This document shows positions 53,069-62,896 of a DNA stretch of 64,000 bases, in pieces. Where the stretch lies: positions 47,853 to 111,852 of the forward strand of contig JBEKTD010000007.1 of NCBI GenBank assembly GCA_049516395.1. The letters run 5' to 3'. The stretch comes from Sedimentisphaerales bacterium (lineage in GTDB: Bacteria; Planctomycetota; Phycisphaerae; Sedimentisphaerales; Anaerobacaceae). Numbering within the stretch: the stretch's first letter is position 1; every line of letters begins with the position of its first letter. A program made the position numbers and the translations under genes. Below the pieces are notes generated by a model that searched no databases, had not been told where the DNA came from, and saw only the letters and a list, made by a program, of their open reading frames with translations.

Positions 53069-53923
53069 TCAGGGATTGAAAGGCGCATGTAACATGCCCC
53101 AGACACACAAGACAACCAGCGCGCCGAGCACCATAGCGACGATGAGGGCAAGGCGGCGCTTCCTCGGGGTAGTCGTGCTGTCGTTCAGCGTGTGGAGCGC
53201 CCAAGAGAGGAGTATCGACATCGACAATATTAGGACAAAGTAGCCGGGAGCATCCATATCGCCCCCGAGATTTCCGCTTTTGCGCCAACTAAGCACCACA
53301 CTGATTACCGTGGGAACGCCGACCATCAGCATAACAATGAGGCCGCCCAGCCCTTCGCGCCACCAGGCCACAACAATGCCGACGAAGACGATCACTCCAC
53401 CGGCGATCATGACCAGGTCGCCGGGGTCAGTTGAAATGCGAGGCCTATCTGACAATCCAACCAGAATGAATATCCCGACAAAGAGCCCCAACGCGATGCT
53501 GCAAAGCCGCCAAGTCCAGCGAACTATGCCAGCGAAGATTTTAAGTGCTGTCCCAAGACGTCCGCTGTAGGCCACCTGAACCTTGTCTATCTTTTCAACG
53601 GCATCCATCGCTCTTTCTCCCCGGCCAAGGAATGCTGCATACAGTAACAGTCCTACGGAAAGGGCTTCGAGGCAGGGATTAATAATTCTCATCAGCGGGA
53701 AAAAGGCCGCGCAGTGGATTTTGTTTCCGAAACTCATGACCACCGGCATAAATATCAAGGTAAGCAGACTCACGGCGCAGGCAATCATGACAATCCTCGA
53801 AAGCCGCGGGTGCTCGCGCCGTCGCCTGATAGCAATGACCAACCCTACGGCCCAAACAACGAATACCGGCAGTGAAGCGAACCACTGCGTGAAAAGGTTT
53901 GTGACTATATATGTGTTCGGCAT
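53069..53923 (-). CDS. hypothetical polytopic membrane protein
   Basis: 284 aa with about 8 hydrophobic helices. No recognised motifs. Confidence 0.55.
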   Translation of the reverse strand: MPNTYIVTNLFTQWFASLPVFVVWAVGLVIAIRRRREHPRLSRIVMIACAVSLLTLIFMPVVMSFGNKIHCAAFFPLMRIINPCLEALSVGLLLYAAFLGRGERAMDAVEKIDKVQVAYSGRLGTALKIFAGIVRWTWRLCSIALGLFVGIFILVGLSDRPRISTDPGDLVMIAGGVIVFVGIVVAWWREGLGGLIVMLMVGVPTVISVVLSWRKSGNLGGDMDAPGYFVLILSMSILLSWALHTLNDSTTTPRKRRLALIVAMVLGALVVLCVWGMLHAPFNP

Positions 53924-54116
53924 ATAAGTCCTTTCCTTATTGGGGCGGCAGCCACATCAACCACGCTTATGCTACACAGCCAAGCCATCCAATTCAACGA
54001 TAATATCAAATCTTCATCTTAAGCCATGCGATGAATAACCAACTTTTTTCCTTTTGCAGTGCTGTTCGATGTGTTAAAATCTTTAACTTTAAGGGTGATG
54101 CTTTCAAGGATGAAAT

Positions 54117-55595
54117 ATGCTAAAGAGCAATGTAAGGACACATCAGCCGGCGACAAAACCCCGGCGAGGATGGGAAGTGGTTACGAACGGATTTAACGGA
54201 CTTGCGGGCAAACGGTTTCATTTCATAGGCGTCGGCGGTATCGGTATGTCCGGCCTGGCGATGCTCCTCTTGAAGCACAAGGCAATCGTTACCGGCTCAG
54301 ACCAGAACCCCGGCGAAACAATCGACCACCTCTGCGAATTCGGCGCGGATATTAAAATAGGCCATAAAGAGCACAACCTCAACCCACAGGCGGACGCGGT
54401 TATAATCTCAGCCGCGATAAAAGAGGAAAACCCCGAATTGAAGCTCGCCCGCCGCGAAGGCATCCGCGTCTATAAATACGCCGAGATGCTGGGCAAGGTG
54501 TTCGGGTTTTATCAGGGTATCGCCATATCGGGCACTCATGGCAAAAGCACCACCAGCGGCTGGCTCGCCTACCTCTTAAAACTGGCGGGCTTAGAGCCGA
54601 ATTTCGTCGTCGGGGCAGTCGTTACCCAGCTTGCCGGCTCATCGGGCATAGGCAGCGGGCACCATTTCGTCGCCGAGGCGTGCGAATACGACCGCAGCTT
54701 CCTGAATCTCAAGCCGCAAATCACCGTCATTCTGAATATCGAGGCCGACCACCTCGACTACTACAAAGACGAAGCCGAAATCACCGAGGCGTTCCGCGAT
54801 TTCGCGCTTGGCACAAAAAATTCGGGCGTAATAGTCATAAACGGCGAAGATAAAAACACCGCCAAAATCATCTCCGACCCGCGACTCCTCGAAAACAACC
54901 GGAAAATCGAAACTTTTGGTTTCGGCAAGGAAAATAATTTTTACGCTGACAATATCGTCGAAAAAGACGGGCTTTACTCATTCGACGTTTATCACAACTC
55001 CGAATTGCTCGGCTCAACCCATATAAACGTGCCGGGCAGACATAACGTCGCCAACGCCCTTGCGGTAATCGCCGCTGCCGCAAACGCAGGTATCCCGATA
55101 AAGGACATATTGCGGCTCTTGCCCGGTTTCACAGGCGTTGACCGCCGGCTGATGCTAAAAGCAAAAATCAACGGCGTAACCATTCTCGACGATTACGCTC
55201 ATCACCCTACCGAGATTCGGGCGTCGCTAAAGGCGATTAAGGAGCATTACCAGCCGAAGCGACTGTGGTGCGTTTTTCAGCCGCATCAGTACAGCCGGAC
55301 GCGATTTTTGCTTGCCGACTTCGCCGAAAGCTTCAAACTTGCCGATATTACCATCATGCCGGAGATATATTTCGTCCGCGACTCGCAGCAATCAAAAAAA
55401 GAGGTGAACGCCCAGGTCCTCGTCGATAAAATCCGGACAAAAGGAAGCGAAGCTTTGTTTATTGACGGCTTCGACAAGATTTGCGAATATTTAACCAAAC
55501 ATGTGTCCGCGGGCGACGTGGTCGTTACCATGGGCGCCGGCGACGTTTGGAAGGTTAGCGATGAATATATTCAGTGGTTACGAAAAAATAGTTGA
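54117..55595 (+). CDS. murC: UDP-N-acetylmuramate--L-alanine ligase
   Basis: FHFIGVGGIGMSGLAMLL, GTHGKSTT and DDYAHHPTEI motifs. Confidence 0.9.
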   Translation: MLKSNVRTHQPATKPRRGWEVVTNGFNGLAGKRFHFIGVGGIGMSGLAMLLLKHKAIVTGSDQNPGETIDHLCEFGADIKIGHKEHNLNPQADAVIISAAIKEENPELKLARREGIRVYKYAEMLGKVFGFYQGIAISGTHGKSTTSGWLAYLLKLAGLEPNFVVGAVVTQLAGSSGIGSGHHFVAEACEYDRSFLNLKPQITVILNIEADHLDYYKDEAEITEAFRDFALGTKNSGVIVINGEDKNTAKIISDPRLLENNRKIETFGFGKENNFYADNIVEKDGLYSFDVYHNSELLGSTHINVPGRHNVANALAVIAAAANAGIPIKDILRLLPGFTGVDRRLMLKAKINGVTILDDYAHHPTEIRASLKAIKEHYQPKRLWCVFQPHQYSRTRFLLADFAESFKLADITIMPEIYFVRDSQQSKKEVNAQVLVDKIRTKGSEALFIDGFDKICEYLTKHVSAGDVVVTMGAGDVWKVSDEYIQWLRKNS

Positions 55596-56442
55596 AACGA
55601 AACATCCGCTGGCGAAAGAGACGTGGTACGGGCTGGGCGGGCCGGCTGATTATTTTATACGGCCGGAGGATACCGAGCAGCTTGCCCAGGTTGTCAGGCG
55701 ATGCAATGAAAATAAGGTGCCGATTTACGTTCTGGGATATGGGTCGAACCTGTTAGTCAGCGACCAGGGCGTGCGCGGGGCGGTGATTCAGCTCAAAGGC
55801 GAGAAATTCTCGCAGATTAGCTTCGTCAAAGAACAGGTTGTCGCAGGCGCGGGCGTAGAGCTTAGCCGGCTTATCCTGACCTGCGCCAAAAAAGGACTTT
55901 CGGGCCTCGAACCGCTGACGGGCATCCCCGGCTCGATAGGCGGAGCGGTGCGGATGAATTCGGGCGGAAACTTCGGCGACATCGGAACCGTCGTCGAAAG
56001 CGTTACCCTGATGGACAAAGACGGCAAAATTTCCGAAAAGAAAAAACCGGATTTGCAATTCGATTACCGCCAGACAAATATCACGGCGAAATTCATCCTC
56101 GAAGCCAGGATAAATATGACCGCGGGCGACCCGGAACAGATTACAAAAACGATTAAGGAAAACTGGGTCTATAAGAAAAATAACCAGCCACTCAACACCG
56201 TTAACTCGGGATGCGTATTCAAAAACCCGAGGGGGCTGTCGGCGGGGGCCATGATTGACCGCACGGGACTAAAGGGGCTGCAAATCGGCGGGGCAATCGT
56301 CAGCGAAAAGCACGCCAACTTTTTCATAGCGCAAAAGGGCTGCACAAGCCAGGATGTTCTGAGGCTGATTGACGTCGTAAAAGAAAAAGTATTAAAGCAG
56401 TTCAACGTCGAGCTGGAGCTTGAGATCGAAATCTGGAAATAA
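55561..56442 (+). CDS. murB: UDP-N-acetylenolpyruvoylglucosamine reductase
   Basis: From the internal ATG 55561: MNIFSGYEKI...LAKETWYGLGGPADYF, GYGSNLLVSD, PGSIGGAVRMNSG. The track ORF begins 60 nt upstream, inside murC. Confidence 0.85.
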   Translation: MNIFSGYEKIVETKHPLAKETWYGLGGPADYFIRPEDTEQLAQVVRRCNENKVPIYVLGYGSNLLVSDQGVRGAVIQLKGEKFSQISFVKEQVVAGAGVELSRLILTCAKKGLSGLEPLTGIPGSIGGAVRMNSGGNFGDIGTVVESVTLMDKDGKISEKKKPDLQFDYRQTNITAKFILEARINMTAGDPEQITKTIKENWVYKKNNQPLNTVNSGCVFKNPRGLSAGAMIDRTGLKGLQIGGAIVSEKHANFFIAQKGCTSQDVLRLIDVVKEKVLKQFNVELELEIEIWK

Positions 56443-56447
56443 AAAAA

Positions 56448-57467
56448 ATGCGGTCTCATCCATCTCCAAATCAAGAGTCATCATCATCGCCTGACCAGCT
56501 TAACCCGCCAGACGGATGGCAGATAAAAGCAGCAGTCCTTATGGGCGGACCAAGCCGGGAACGCGAGGTAAGTTTGCAAAGCGGCAAATGCGTGGCCGAA
56601 GCACTGAAAAAAGCGGGCGTAAACGTAAAACCATCGGATATAAAACCTGACGCGCTGGGCATACTCGACGACGAAACAATCGACGTGTTTTTCATCGCAC
56701 TTCACGGCACATTCGGCGAAGACGGCCAGTTACAGAAAATACTCGAATCAAAAGACCTCATTTATACGGGCAGCTCCTCGGAATCCAGCCGGCTGGCGTT
56801 CGATAAGTGGAAAAGCAAAAAACGATTCATCGCCGCGGGAGTAACGATGCCTGATTCGATTTTGTTCGAGCCGGGCAAAAAAAATGCTCGTCTTGAGGAA
56901 CAGATTCGGCAACTTGGGTCAAAATACGTCATAAAACCGCTTCGGGAAGGCAGCACAATAGGAATATCAATCGCGAATGACCCGAAGGAAGCGGTCGAGG
57001 CAGCAAAAAAATGCGCAGCGGAGTTCGGCGAGTGCATGATTGAGAAATTCATAAAGGGCAGAGAGATTACCGTGAGCATCCTCGGAAAGCAGGCACTGCC
57101 AATACTTGAGATACGCCCGCCCGCCGGATTCTACGATTATCACGCCAAATACATCGGCGACAAGACAGAATACCTCTTCGACTCAATAAATGACCCCGCT
57201 CTGGTCGATAAAATACAAAAATCGGCGATTACCTGCTTTAATTCGCTTGGATGCAGGGGCGCCGCGAGAGTTGACTTTATAATCGGCGACGACGGCGAAC
57301 CTTATGCGCTCGAAATCAACACCATTCCGGGAATGACGAGCCACTCGCTTTTGCCGAAAGCCGCCGCTAAAATAGGGCTTTCAATGAGCCGGCTTTGTCT
57401 TAAAATAGTGGAGTTGGCATTGGCTGATTCGGCGATAGCCCATAAAATAACAGGCCGGAGGCAATAA
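56448..57467 (+). CDS. ddl: D-alanine--D-alanine ligase
   Basis: VLMGGPSREREVSLQSG, FIALHGTFGEDGQLQ, and ARVDFII..DGEPYALEINTIPGMTSHSLLPK. Confidence 0.9.
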   Translation: MRSHPSPNQESSSSPDQLNPPDGWQIKAAVLMGGPSREREVSLQSGKCVAEALKKAGVNVKPSDIKPDALGILDDETIDVFFIALHGTFGEDGQLQKILESKDLIYTGSSSESSRLAFDKWKSKKRFIAAGVTMPDSILFEPGKKNARLEEQIRQLGSKYVIKPLREGSTIGISIANDPKEAVEAAKKCAAEFGECMIEKFIKGREITVSILGKQALPILEIRPPAGFYDYHAKYIGDKTEYLFDSINDPALVDKIQKSAITCFNSLGCRGAARVDFIIGDDGEPYALEINTIPGMTSHSLLPKAAAKIGLSMSRLCLKIVELALADSAIAHKITGRRQ

Positions 57468-57469
57468 AA

Positions 57470-58387
57470 TTGGCTGCGAAAAAAAGCAAGTTGAATATAT
57501 TCGGGTTTGGCTCAGAAGGCGATAAGCCATCCCGCAAGTCAAACGTCATAGGATTCGTCAAGGTGTCATTGTTTGTGTGCGCCTTTGTTATGGTATTGGC
57601 GGGCTTCACGTTCTTAGACGGATACGTAAAAAAGCAAACCGCCGGCTCGTCGGGCAATCGAACAATTGAGCTGGTAGGCGAAGTTCCAAACTGGGTCAGC
57701 GAAGAGATTAAAAACAGGATTTACGCCGCCGCCACCGCTGAAGCGAACAACAGCGCCAACGACGACGAAAAAATCGCCGCCTCGGCGCAGCAAAATATCG
57801 CACATCTGGTCCCGTGGCTTGCCGAGGCGAGGGTCCGGACCACCCACAAAAGCATACTCATCAGCGGACGCTGGCGAAAACCAATGCTATTAGTAACCGC
57901 CGACAACAAAAATAAATTCTTCATCGACGCCAATATGGTCATCCTCGATTATTCGCCGATTGGCAATCTGCCCGTAATAAATATAACGGGTATGGAGCTT
58001 AGCAAAATCCCCCCTACCCCGGGGCAGGTATGGCAGGGAGATGACCTGGCTGCGGCTGTGGAGGTGCTCAATCGGCTCGCGCGTATGGATGCCGCTGTAA
58101 CACCAGATAAGCCGCTGCTTCACCATATCGACAGAATCGACGTCGCCAATTTCGATGGCCGGAAAAACAGACGCGAACCACACATCTCCCTTTACACGAA
58201 AGACGGCACGCAAATCATCTGGGGAGCGGAACTCGGAACGTGGCAAAGGCATCTCGAAAGCCCCGACGACGACAAACTCGCCAAACTTTATACCTACTAC
58301 CAGCAATACGGAACGCTGTCGGGCGTAAAATACATCAACCTGCGCGACCCTCAGCAGAAAATTTATCTGCCCGTTGACAAGTATTAA
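57470..58387 (+). CDS. ftsQ: FtsQ-like cell-division protein (single TM + POTRA/FtsQ-type domain)
   Basis: 305 aa with a TTG start and one TM helix (VSLFVCAFVMVLAGFTF). It sits directly after ddl, as in dcw clusters. The sequence itself is weakly diagnostic. Confidence 0.5.
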   Translation: MAAKKSKLNIFGFGSEGDKPSRKSNVIGFVKVSLFVCAFVMVLAGFTFLDGYVKKQTAGSSGNRTIELVGEVPNWVSEEIKNRIYAAATAEANNSANDDEKIAASAQQNIAHLVPWLAEARVRTTHKSILISGRWRKPMLLVTADNKNKFFIDANMVILDYSPIGNLPVINITGMELSKIPPTPGQVWQGDDLAAAVEVLNRLARMDAAVTPDKPLLHHIDRIDVANFDGRKNRREPHISLYTKDGTQIIWGAELGTWQRHLESPDDDKLAKLYTYYQQYGTLSGVKYINLRDPQQKIYLPVDKY

Positions 58388-58474
58388 CCACAGATTACAC
58401 AGATAGACACTGATTTTTAATTGCCACGAAAAAGCACAAAGGGATTTGATACTTGATACTCGATACTCGATTTT
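58388..58474 (+). repeat. low-complexity 'cacagattacac / gatactcgatac' dispersed repeat copy
   Basis: ccacagattacacagatagacactgatttttaattgccacgaaaaagcacaaagggatttgatacttgatactcgatactcg. Confidence 0.6.
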
Positions 58475-58495
58475 GGACTGCAAAAGGAGGCGTTT

Positions 58496-59020
58496 GTGAA
58501 AAAGATTGTTCATCTGCCGGTTCTTTTAATTTTGCTGGCGGCAGGCGGATGTCAGCCGGCACAATCGGCCAGACCAAATCAGGATAACGCGCTTATGCCC
58601 TGCCCGGCTGTGCACACAACCGAAGGTAATTTCACCAGAGTCGTTATCGTTCGGCTAAAATACGGCACAGACGTCCTGGAGGGGCTTAATGATTCAATCC
58701 AAAAAGAGAAAATCAAAAACGCAGTCATTCTTAACGGCATCGGCTCGCTGACGCGGTATCACACTCACGTGGTCAGCAATACCACTTTTCCGACCACCCA
58801 CGCCTATGTTAAAAAAGACGGGCCGGTTGACCTGCTGAACGTGAGCGGCTACGTCATCGACAGCCGAGTGCACGCGCACATAACCGTCTCCGACGACAAA
58901 GAGGCCATCGGAGGCCATCTCGAAGACGACACAAGGGTCTTTACATTCGTGATCATTACGCTGGGCGTGCTCGACGACCAGTGCAACCTCCAAAGATTCG
59001 ACGATAACAAATGGCGATGA
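58496..59020 (+). CDS. PPC/DUF296-domain lipoprotein
   Basis: Lipobox LAAGGC. FTRVVIVRLKYGTDVLEGL...VILNGIGSL...VSGYV.....HAHITVSD..AIGGHL matches the DUF296 pattern. Confidence 0.7.
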   Translation: MKKIVHLPVLLILLAAGGCQPAQSARPNQDNALMPCPAVHTTEGNFTRVVIVRLKYGTDVLEGLNDSIQKEKIKNAVILNGIGSLTRYHTHVVSNTTFPTTHAYVKKDGPVDLLNVSGYVIDSRVHAHITVSDDKEAIGGHLEDDTRVFTFVIITLGVLDDQCNLQRFDDNKWR

Positions 59021-59033
59021 GAAATATTGATTC

Positions 59034-59250
59034 GCCACAGAGGCCTCGTATTTTTTAGCCACAGAGAGCACAGAGGGCACAGAGAATTCATTTTTTTGAC
59101 GCGGATTTCCGAAACGGGCTCTTCGCTTCGCGTCACAGATTACACTGTTTTTTTTACCACGAAGGCACAAAGACACGAAGAATTTTAGACACTGATTTAC
59201 ACAGATTAACACTGTTTTTTAATATTGCCGCAAAAAAGCGCAAAAGGCAA
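59034..59250 (+). repeat. cluster of low-complexity 'cacaga / cacgaag' repeat units
   Basis: gccacagaggcc...agccacagagagcacagagggcacagagaattc...gtcacagattacactg...accacgaaggcacaaagacacgaag...acacagattaacactg. Confidence 0.6.
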
Positions 59251-59254
59251 CTTT

Positions 59255-60148
59255 TCAAGCTCTGAATTTTCTGATTATCACCGCACCAAGGCCGAGAAGC
59301 AATAACGTGGCGGGTTCGGGAATCTGCGTTGCAATACACACCGGATAGCGCAAACCCGAAGCGAAGAGAGACCTGTTTCCACTCGAATCGAATTTCTCAA
59401 TCGTCCCGAAGTACAACAACGAATTGGTTACATATAGATTACCACTACTGTCAAAGGCAAGACCAGCAGGATCGTTCAAGCCCGATGCGAAAATGGTTCC
59501 ATTTCCGCTCGTATCAAATTTTTCAATCGTTCTAATGTGTTGATTGGCCACGTAGAGATAGCCGCTGCTGTCAAACGCAAGACCCACAGGGTCGTCCAAG
59601 CCCGATGCGAAGATGGCTCCATTTCCGCTCGTATCAAATTTTTCAATTGTCCCGGTTTTTGAATTGGCCGCGTAGAGATAGCCGCTGCTGTCAAAGGCAA
59701 GACCAGCAGGATATTCTAAGCCCGATGCGAAGATGGTTCCATTTCCGCTCGTATCGAATTTCTCAATCGTCCCAATGTTTTGATGGGCCACATAGAGATA
59801 GCCACTGCTATCGAAGACAATACCTACAGGATCATTCAAGCCCGATGCGAAGATGGTTCCGTTTCCGCTCGTATCGAATTTCTCAATAGTCCCATTGTTA
59901 AAATTGGTTGTGTAGAGATTGCCGCTGCTGTCGAAAGCAAGACCTATAGGGCCGTGCAATCCAGATGCGAAGGTGGTCCTCGTTCCGCTCGAATCGAATT
60001 TGTAAATATTACCGAGCCCATCGTTAAAGGGATATTCATAGTTATAGCTGGAAACATAAATGTTATCGGCGAGCGAGAGGACGCTCGTCACCAAGACCAG
60101 CACGGTTACGGCCAATATCACTGCATTGATTTTTAGGTGTGTTTTCAT
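59255..60148 (-). CDS. NHL-repeat beta-propeller protein with a PEP-CTERM sorting signal
   Basis: Signal peptide present. Six units of GTIEKFD(T/S)SGNGTIFASGL.DP.G(L/I)AFDSSG(Y/N)LYV. C-terminus IPEPATLLLLGLGAVIIRKFRA. Confidence 0.8.
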   Translation of the reverse strand: MKTHLKINAVILAVTVLVLVTSVLSLADNIYVSSYNYEYPFNDGLGNIYKFDSSGTRTTFASGLHGPIGLAFDSSGNLYTTNFNNGTIEKFDTSGNGTIFASGLNDPVGIVFDSSGYLYVAHQNIGTIEKFDTSGNGTIFASGLEYPAGLAFDSSGYLYAANSKTGTIEKFDTSGNGAIFASGLDDPVGLAFDSSGYLYVANQHIRTIEKFDTSGNGTIFASGLNDPAGLAFDSSGNLYVTNSLLYFGTIEKFDSSGNRSLFASGLRYPVCIATQIPEPATLLLLGLGAVIIRKFRA

Positions 60149-60391
60149 TTGTCTCTCCTTCTTTCAAATTGTGCTTGTGAATAGTGTGTTTAGGAACTCC
60201 CGGCCAATTCGACCGGCTGTAAATTAAGTCCACCTCAAGTAGGAATTGTTACACTTTTTTTTAGAATTTCCACGTCTTAAGTGGATTTCCACCCGCCCAT
60301 GGCGAGGTCTCGCCTTCGGCGGAGGCAAATAGCCCATTTTCATGAGAAAACGAGGTCAGCCCGACCTGAACAGAGTCAAAGGGGAGTCGTT

Positions 60392-60444
60392 TTTTTACTC
60401 TGCGTGCTCGGCGGTGAGAAAATCTTTCAATGCCACGGGTAATT
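60392..60444 (+). repeat. dispersed repeat family B, copy 1 (tttttactctgcg...gagaaaatcttt.aa.gccacgggtaa)
   Basis: Matches 62810..62872 in the same orientation. The two copies bracket the GT35-like gene. Confidence 0.65.
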
Positions 60445-60855
60445 GAGGCAAGATTTTGCGCTCAAAAAAACGACGCTTTTTTTATGTTTTTTCAATTTTT
60501 TAAGAAAAAATTTTAACGGCGAAATTTGTTGTTATCGGGTTTAAGCAGGGCAAATCACCAGCTATGGGGGGAAAGAAAAAAGCTATGACGGTAGAGTTTA
60601 GAACAAGTAGAGAAGCCGGGGTAAGTTTTCATTTTACCTATATTAAACACCCATATATTGCGTAGAGCAGAGACATACAGATGAGCTGCAGATTAAGGCC
60701 GCAACCTGTCGATAAGCCACATTAGATTGAAAAATATCGGCACGGAAAATGAGCCAAATATCATATCGGAGGAACGCCAGGGATGGCTAATAAGAAAAAG
60801 TTCAGAGTTGTGCTCTGTTCATAACAGAGGGCAAGCACCTGAAGGAAATTGATAT

Positions 60856-62724
60856 ATGAAAAATGTGATGAACAACTCGAAGATCAGATGGATTGATGAG
60901 CACGCACCTGAGTTGAAAGGCAAGATTCTGGCCACCCTTTCCATTGAAGGTTTTATACCTGAGCTGAAAGGAGATGCCCGCGAAGCAAACACCAGAGGCG
61001 GTTTAGGAATATATTTCGGCGATAAGCTTGAAGGTCTTAGTGCAATAGGGATGGACAGAGCTTTGGGATGTATGCCCATTTACAGCAAGCGACTGGTCCA
61101 GTTAATCAGAGGCGGGAGGCAGCATATCGAATATAGAAATGTATCTTATGAGGGCCAGTCAATTAAGCATGTCAGGGACAGGAGTGGAAAGCCCCTGCAA
61201 TTCGATGTGTGGGGCTGGGATGACAATAACACAGCCCAGGAGCATCAATACCATGTAGATGTATATGGAATAAGCCGGGGAGGGACGCCCCTTTATGTTT
61301 TCTATTGCCCGGAGGTATTTGACATTCTTTACCCGGACCACCACACGCATCCAGGTCACGGCAGAGCGCATCGCTTTCTGCAGGAGACAGCTTTTGCTGA
61401 ATGCGTCTATGAACTGTTCAAACGGATGAGGATTGTGCCTGATATCCTGCACCTCAACGAAGGCCACGTTGCCGATGCCGCCGCAATGATAAGGGGCGAC
61501 AATCTCTTTAACAGGACAGCCGTGGTCTATACAAACCATACGGTCGTGCCGGCGGGGCTGGAGACATTCTGTATCGGCGAACTTGTCGGCGGCGATGTCG
61601 CAAGAGCACGTTACGTGATGAGGTTCCCCGGCCAGAGCTGGCAGAGGTTATGGAGAAAATTTGTGGTAGTGAACGATGATGGACAGCTCTTCATAGATTT
61701 CCCCAGGGGCGCGCTTGAAATATGTGATATTGCAAATGGGGTAAGCGAGGAACATGCTGACGCCACGAAGGCCATGTTTCAGTGTTATGACAGAACGATA
61801 GAGGGCATACTCAACGGCTCCGGTGACACATGGGTAATGGACGAACTGCTGGAAATGGAACTTAATGGCATCGAACCCAGCAAAGGAATCTTTCGGCGAA
61901 TAGGCCAGGAAGGTAAAGTGTTGTCTTTGGCTGAAGTTAAGAAGAAAACGGCCGACATGACCAACAAAAGCAACCAAATTATAAGCAAAGGCGGCGTAGC
62001 ACTGGACCTTAAATTGCCAACGATATGGATGGTAAGAAGAATGGTAGAATACAAGAGCCAGTTACCCATCCTGAAGGATATTATCCATATTATATGCGCG
62101 GACAGGCCTGATGAAGTTGACACCATCTGGGGCAGGATGAATGGCCTGGGCATGCAGGTCGTTGTAGGCGGGATCGCACCGGAAGGGTCTAAGGAAGAGG
62201 AATGGATAGAGCAATTCGTTGCCTGGATGCAAAGGCCTGAGCTGAAGGGGAGATTTGTTTATGTGCCGAATTCAGATACAACCTTGCTGAGGATGCAGGC
62301 CATTGGCGCCGACATATGTATCAACTGTCCCCTGCCGGAGAAAGAGGCCTGCGGTACTTCGGACCAGCGTTCCGCAAGAAACGGCGGGATAAACATCGCC
62401 ACACGAAGCGGCGGCCCACCCGAATACATTAGAGAAGGCAAAAACGGAATGCTGGTCGGCCCATACGATAATAACGAGGATTTTTACAGGAGAGCACCAA
62501 AGGACATTCTGAATAAGCTCAAGCAACTGTCTGACATATACTACAATGAAGACAGCTTGTGGCTGTACATGAAGCTGAAATCGTATCTGGCAAGTTCAAA
62601 TGTGACTGCTACTGCAATGGAACAAAGGTATGCCGACATGTATGTGCAATCACTCCATGCAAGGGAAAATATCATTAACAGCAGGCGCTCGATACGCCAT
62701 AAAGTGCCGGAACCTGTTCTATAA
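60856..62724 (+). CDS. divergent alpha-glucan phosphorylase (GT35)-like protein lacking the PLP-binding lysine
   Basis: GGLGIYFGDKLEG, NHTVVPAGLETF, NGVSEEH, and DICINCPLPEKEACGTSDQRSARNGG. The canonical motif is EA(S/C)GTSGMKAALNG, and its Lys position is Arg505 here (cgt at 62368-62370). Confidence 0.7.
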   Translation: MKNVMNNSKIRWIDEHAPELKGKILATLSIEGFIPELKGDAREANTRGGLGIYFGDKLEGLSAIGMDRALGCMPIYSKRLVQLIRGGRQHIEYRNVSYEGQSIKHVRDRSGKPLQFDVWGWDDNNTAQEHQYHVDVYGISRGGTPLYVFYCPEVFDILYPDHHTHPGHGRAHRFLQETAFAECVYELFKRMRIVPDILHLNEGHVADAAAMIRGDNLFNRTAVVYTNHTVVPAGLETFCIGELVGGDVARARYVMRFPGQSWQRLWRKFVVVNDDGQLFIDFPRGALEICDIANGVSEEHADATKAMFQCYDRTIEGILNGSGDTWVMDELLEMELNGIEPSKGIFRRIGQEGKVLSLAEVKKKTADMTNKSNQIISKGGVALDLKLPTIWMVRRMVEYKSQLPILKDIIHIICADRPDEVDTIWGRMNGLGMQVVVGGIAPEGSKEEEWIEQFVAWMQRPELKGRFVYVPNSDTTLLRMQAIGADICINCPLPEKEACGTSDQRSARNGGINIATRSGGPPEYIREGKNGMLVGPYDNNEDFYRRAPKDILNKLKQLSDIYYNEDSLWLYMKLKSYLASSNVTATAMEQRYADMYVQSLHARENIINSRRSIRHKVPEPVL

Positions 62725-62809
62725 CAAAACTCATCCTACGGCAAGTGATTCCGCGTGGGCTTCCCCGATAACGACATTCGAGGACAGGCAAGCCCTCCCT
62801 ACAACTTTA

Positions 62810-62872
62810 TTTTTACTCTGCGGTCTCTACGTCCTCTGCGGCGAGAAAATCTTTTAACGCCACGGGTAAATT
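62810..62872 (+). repeat. dispersed repeat family B, copy 2
   Basis: tttttactctgcggtctctacgtcctctgcggcgagaaaatcttttaacgccacgggtaaatt. Confidence 0.65.
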
Positions 62873-62896
62873 CAACACAAGAGCATAAGATGCGGT

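Noticed and set aside
58694-59212. 172-aa minus-strand ORF
   Set aside because: It is antisense to the DUF296 gene. Its N-terminal part is translated from the low-complexity cacaga/cacgaag repeats.
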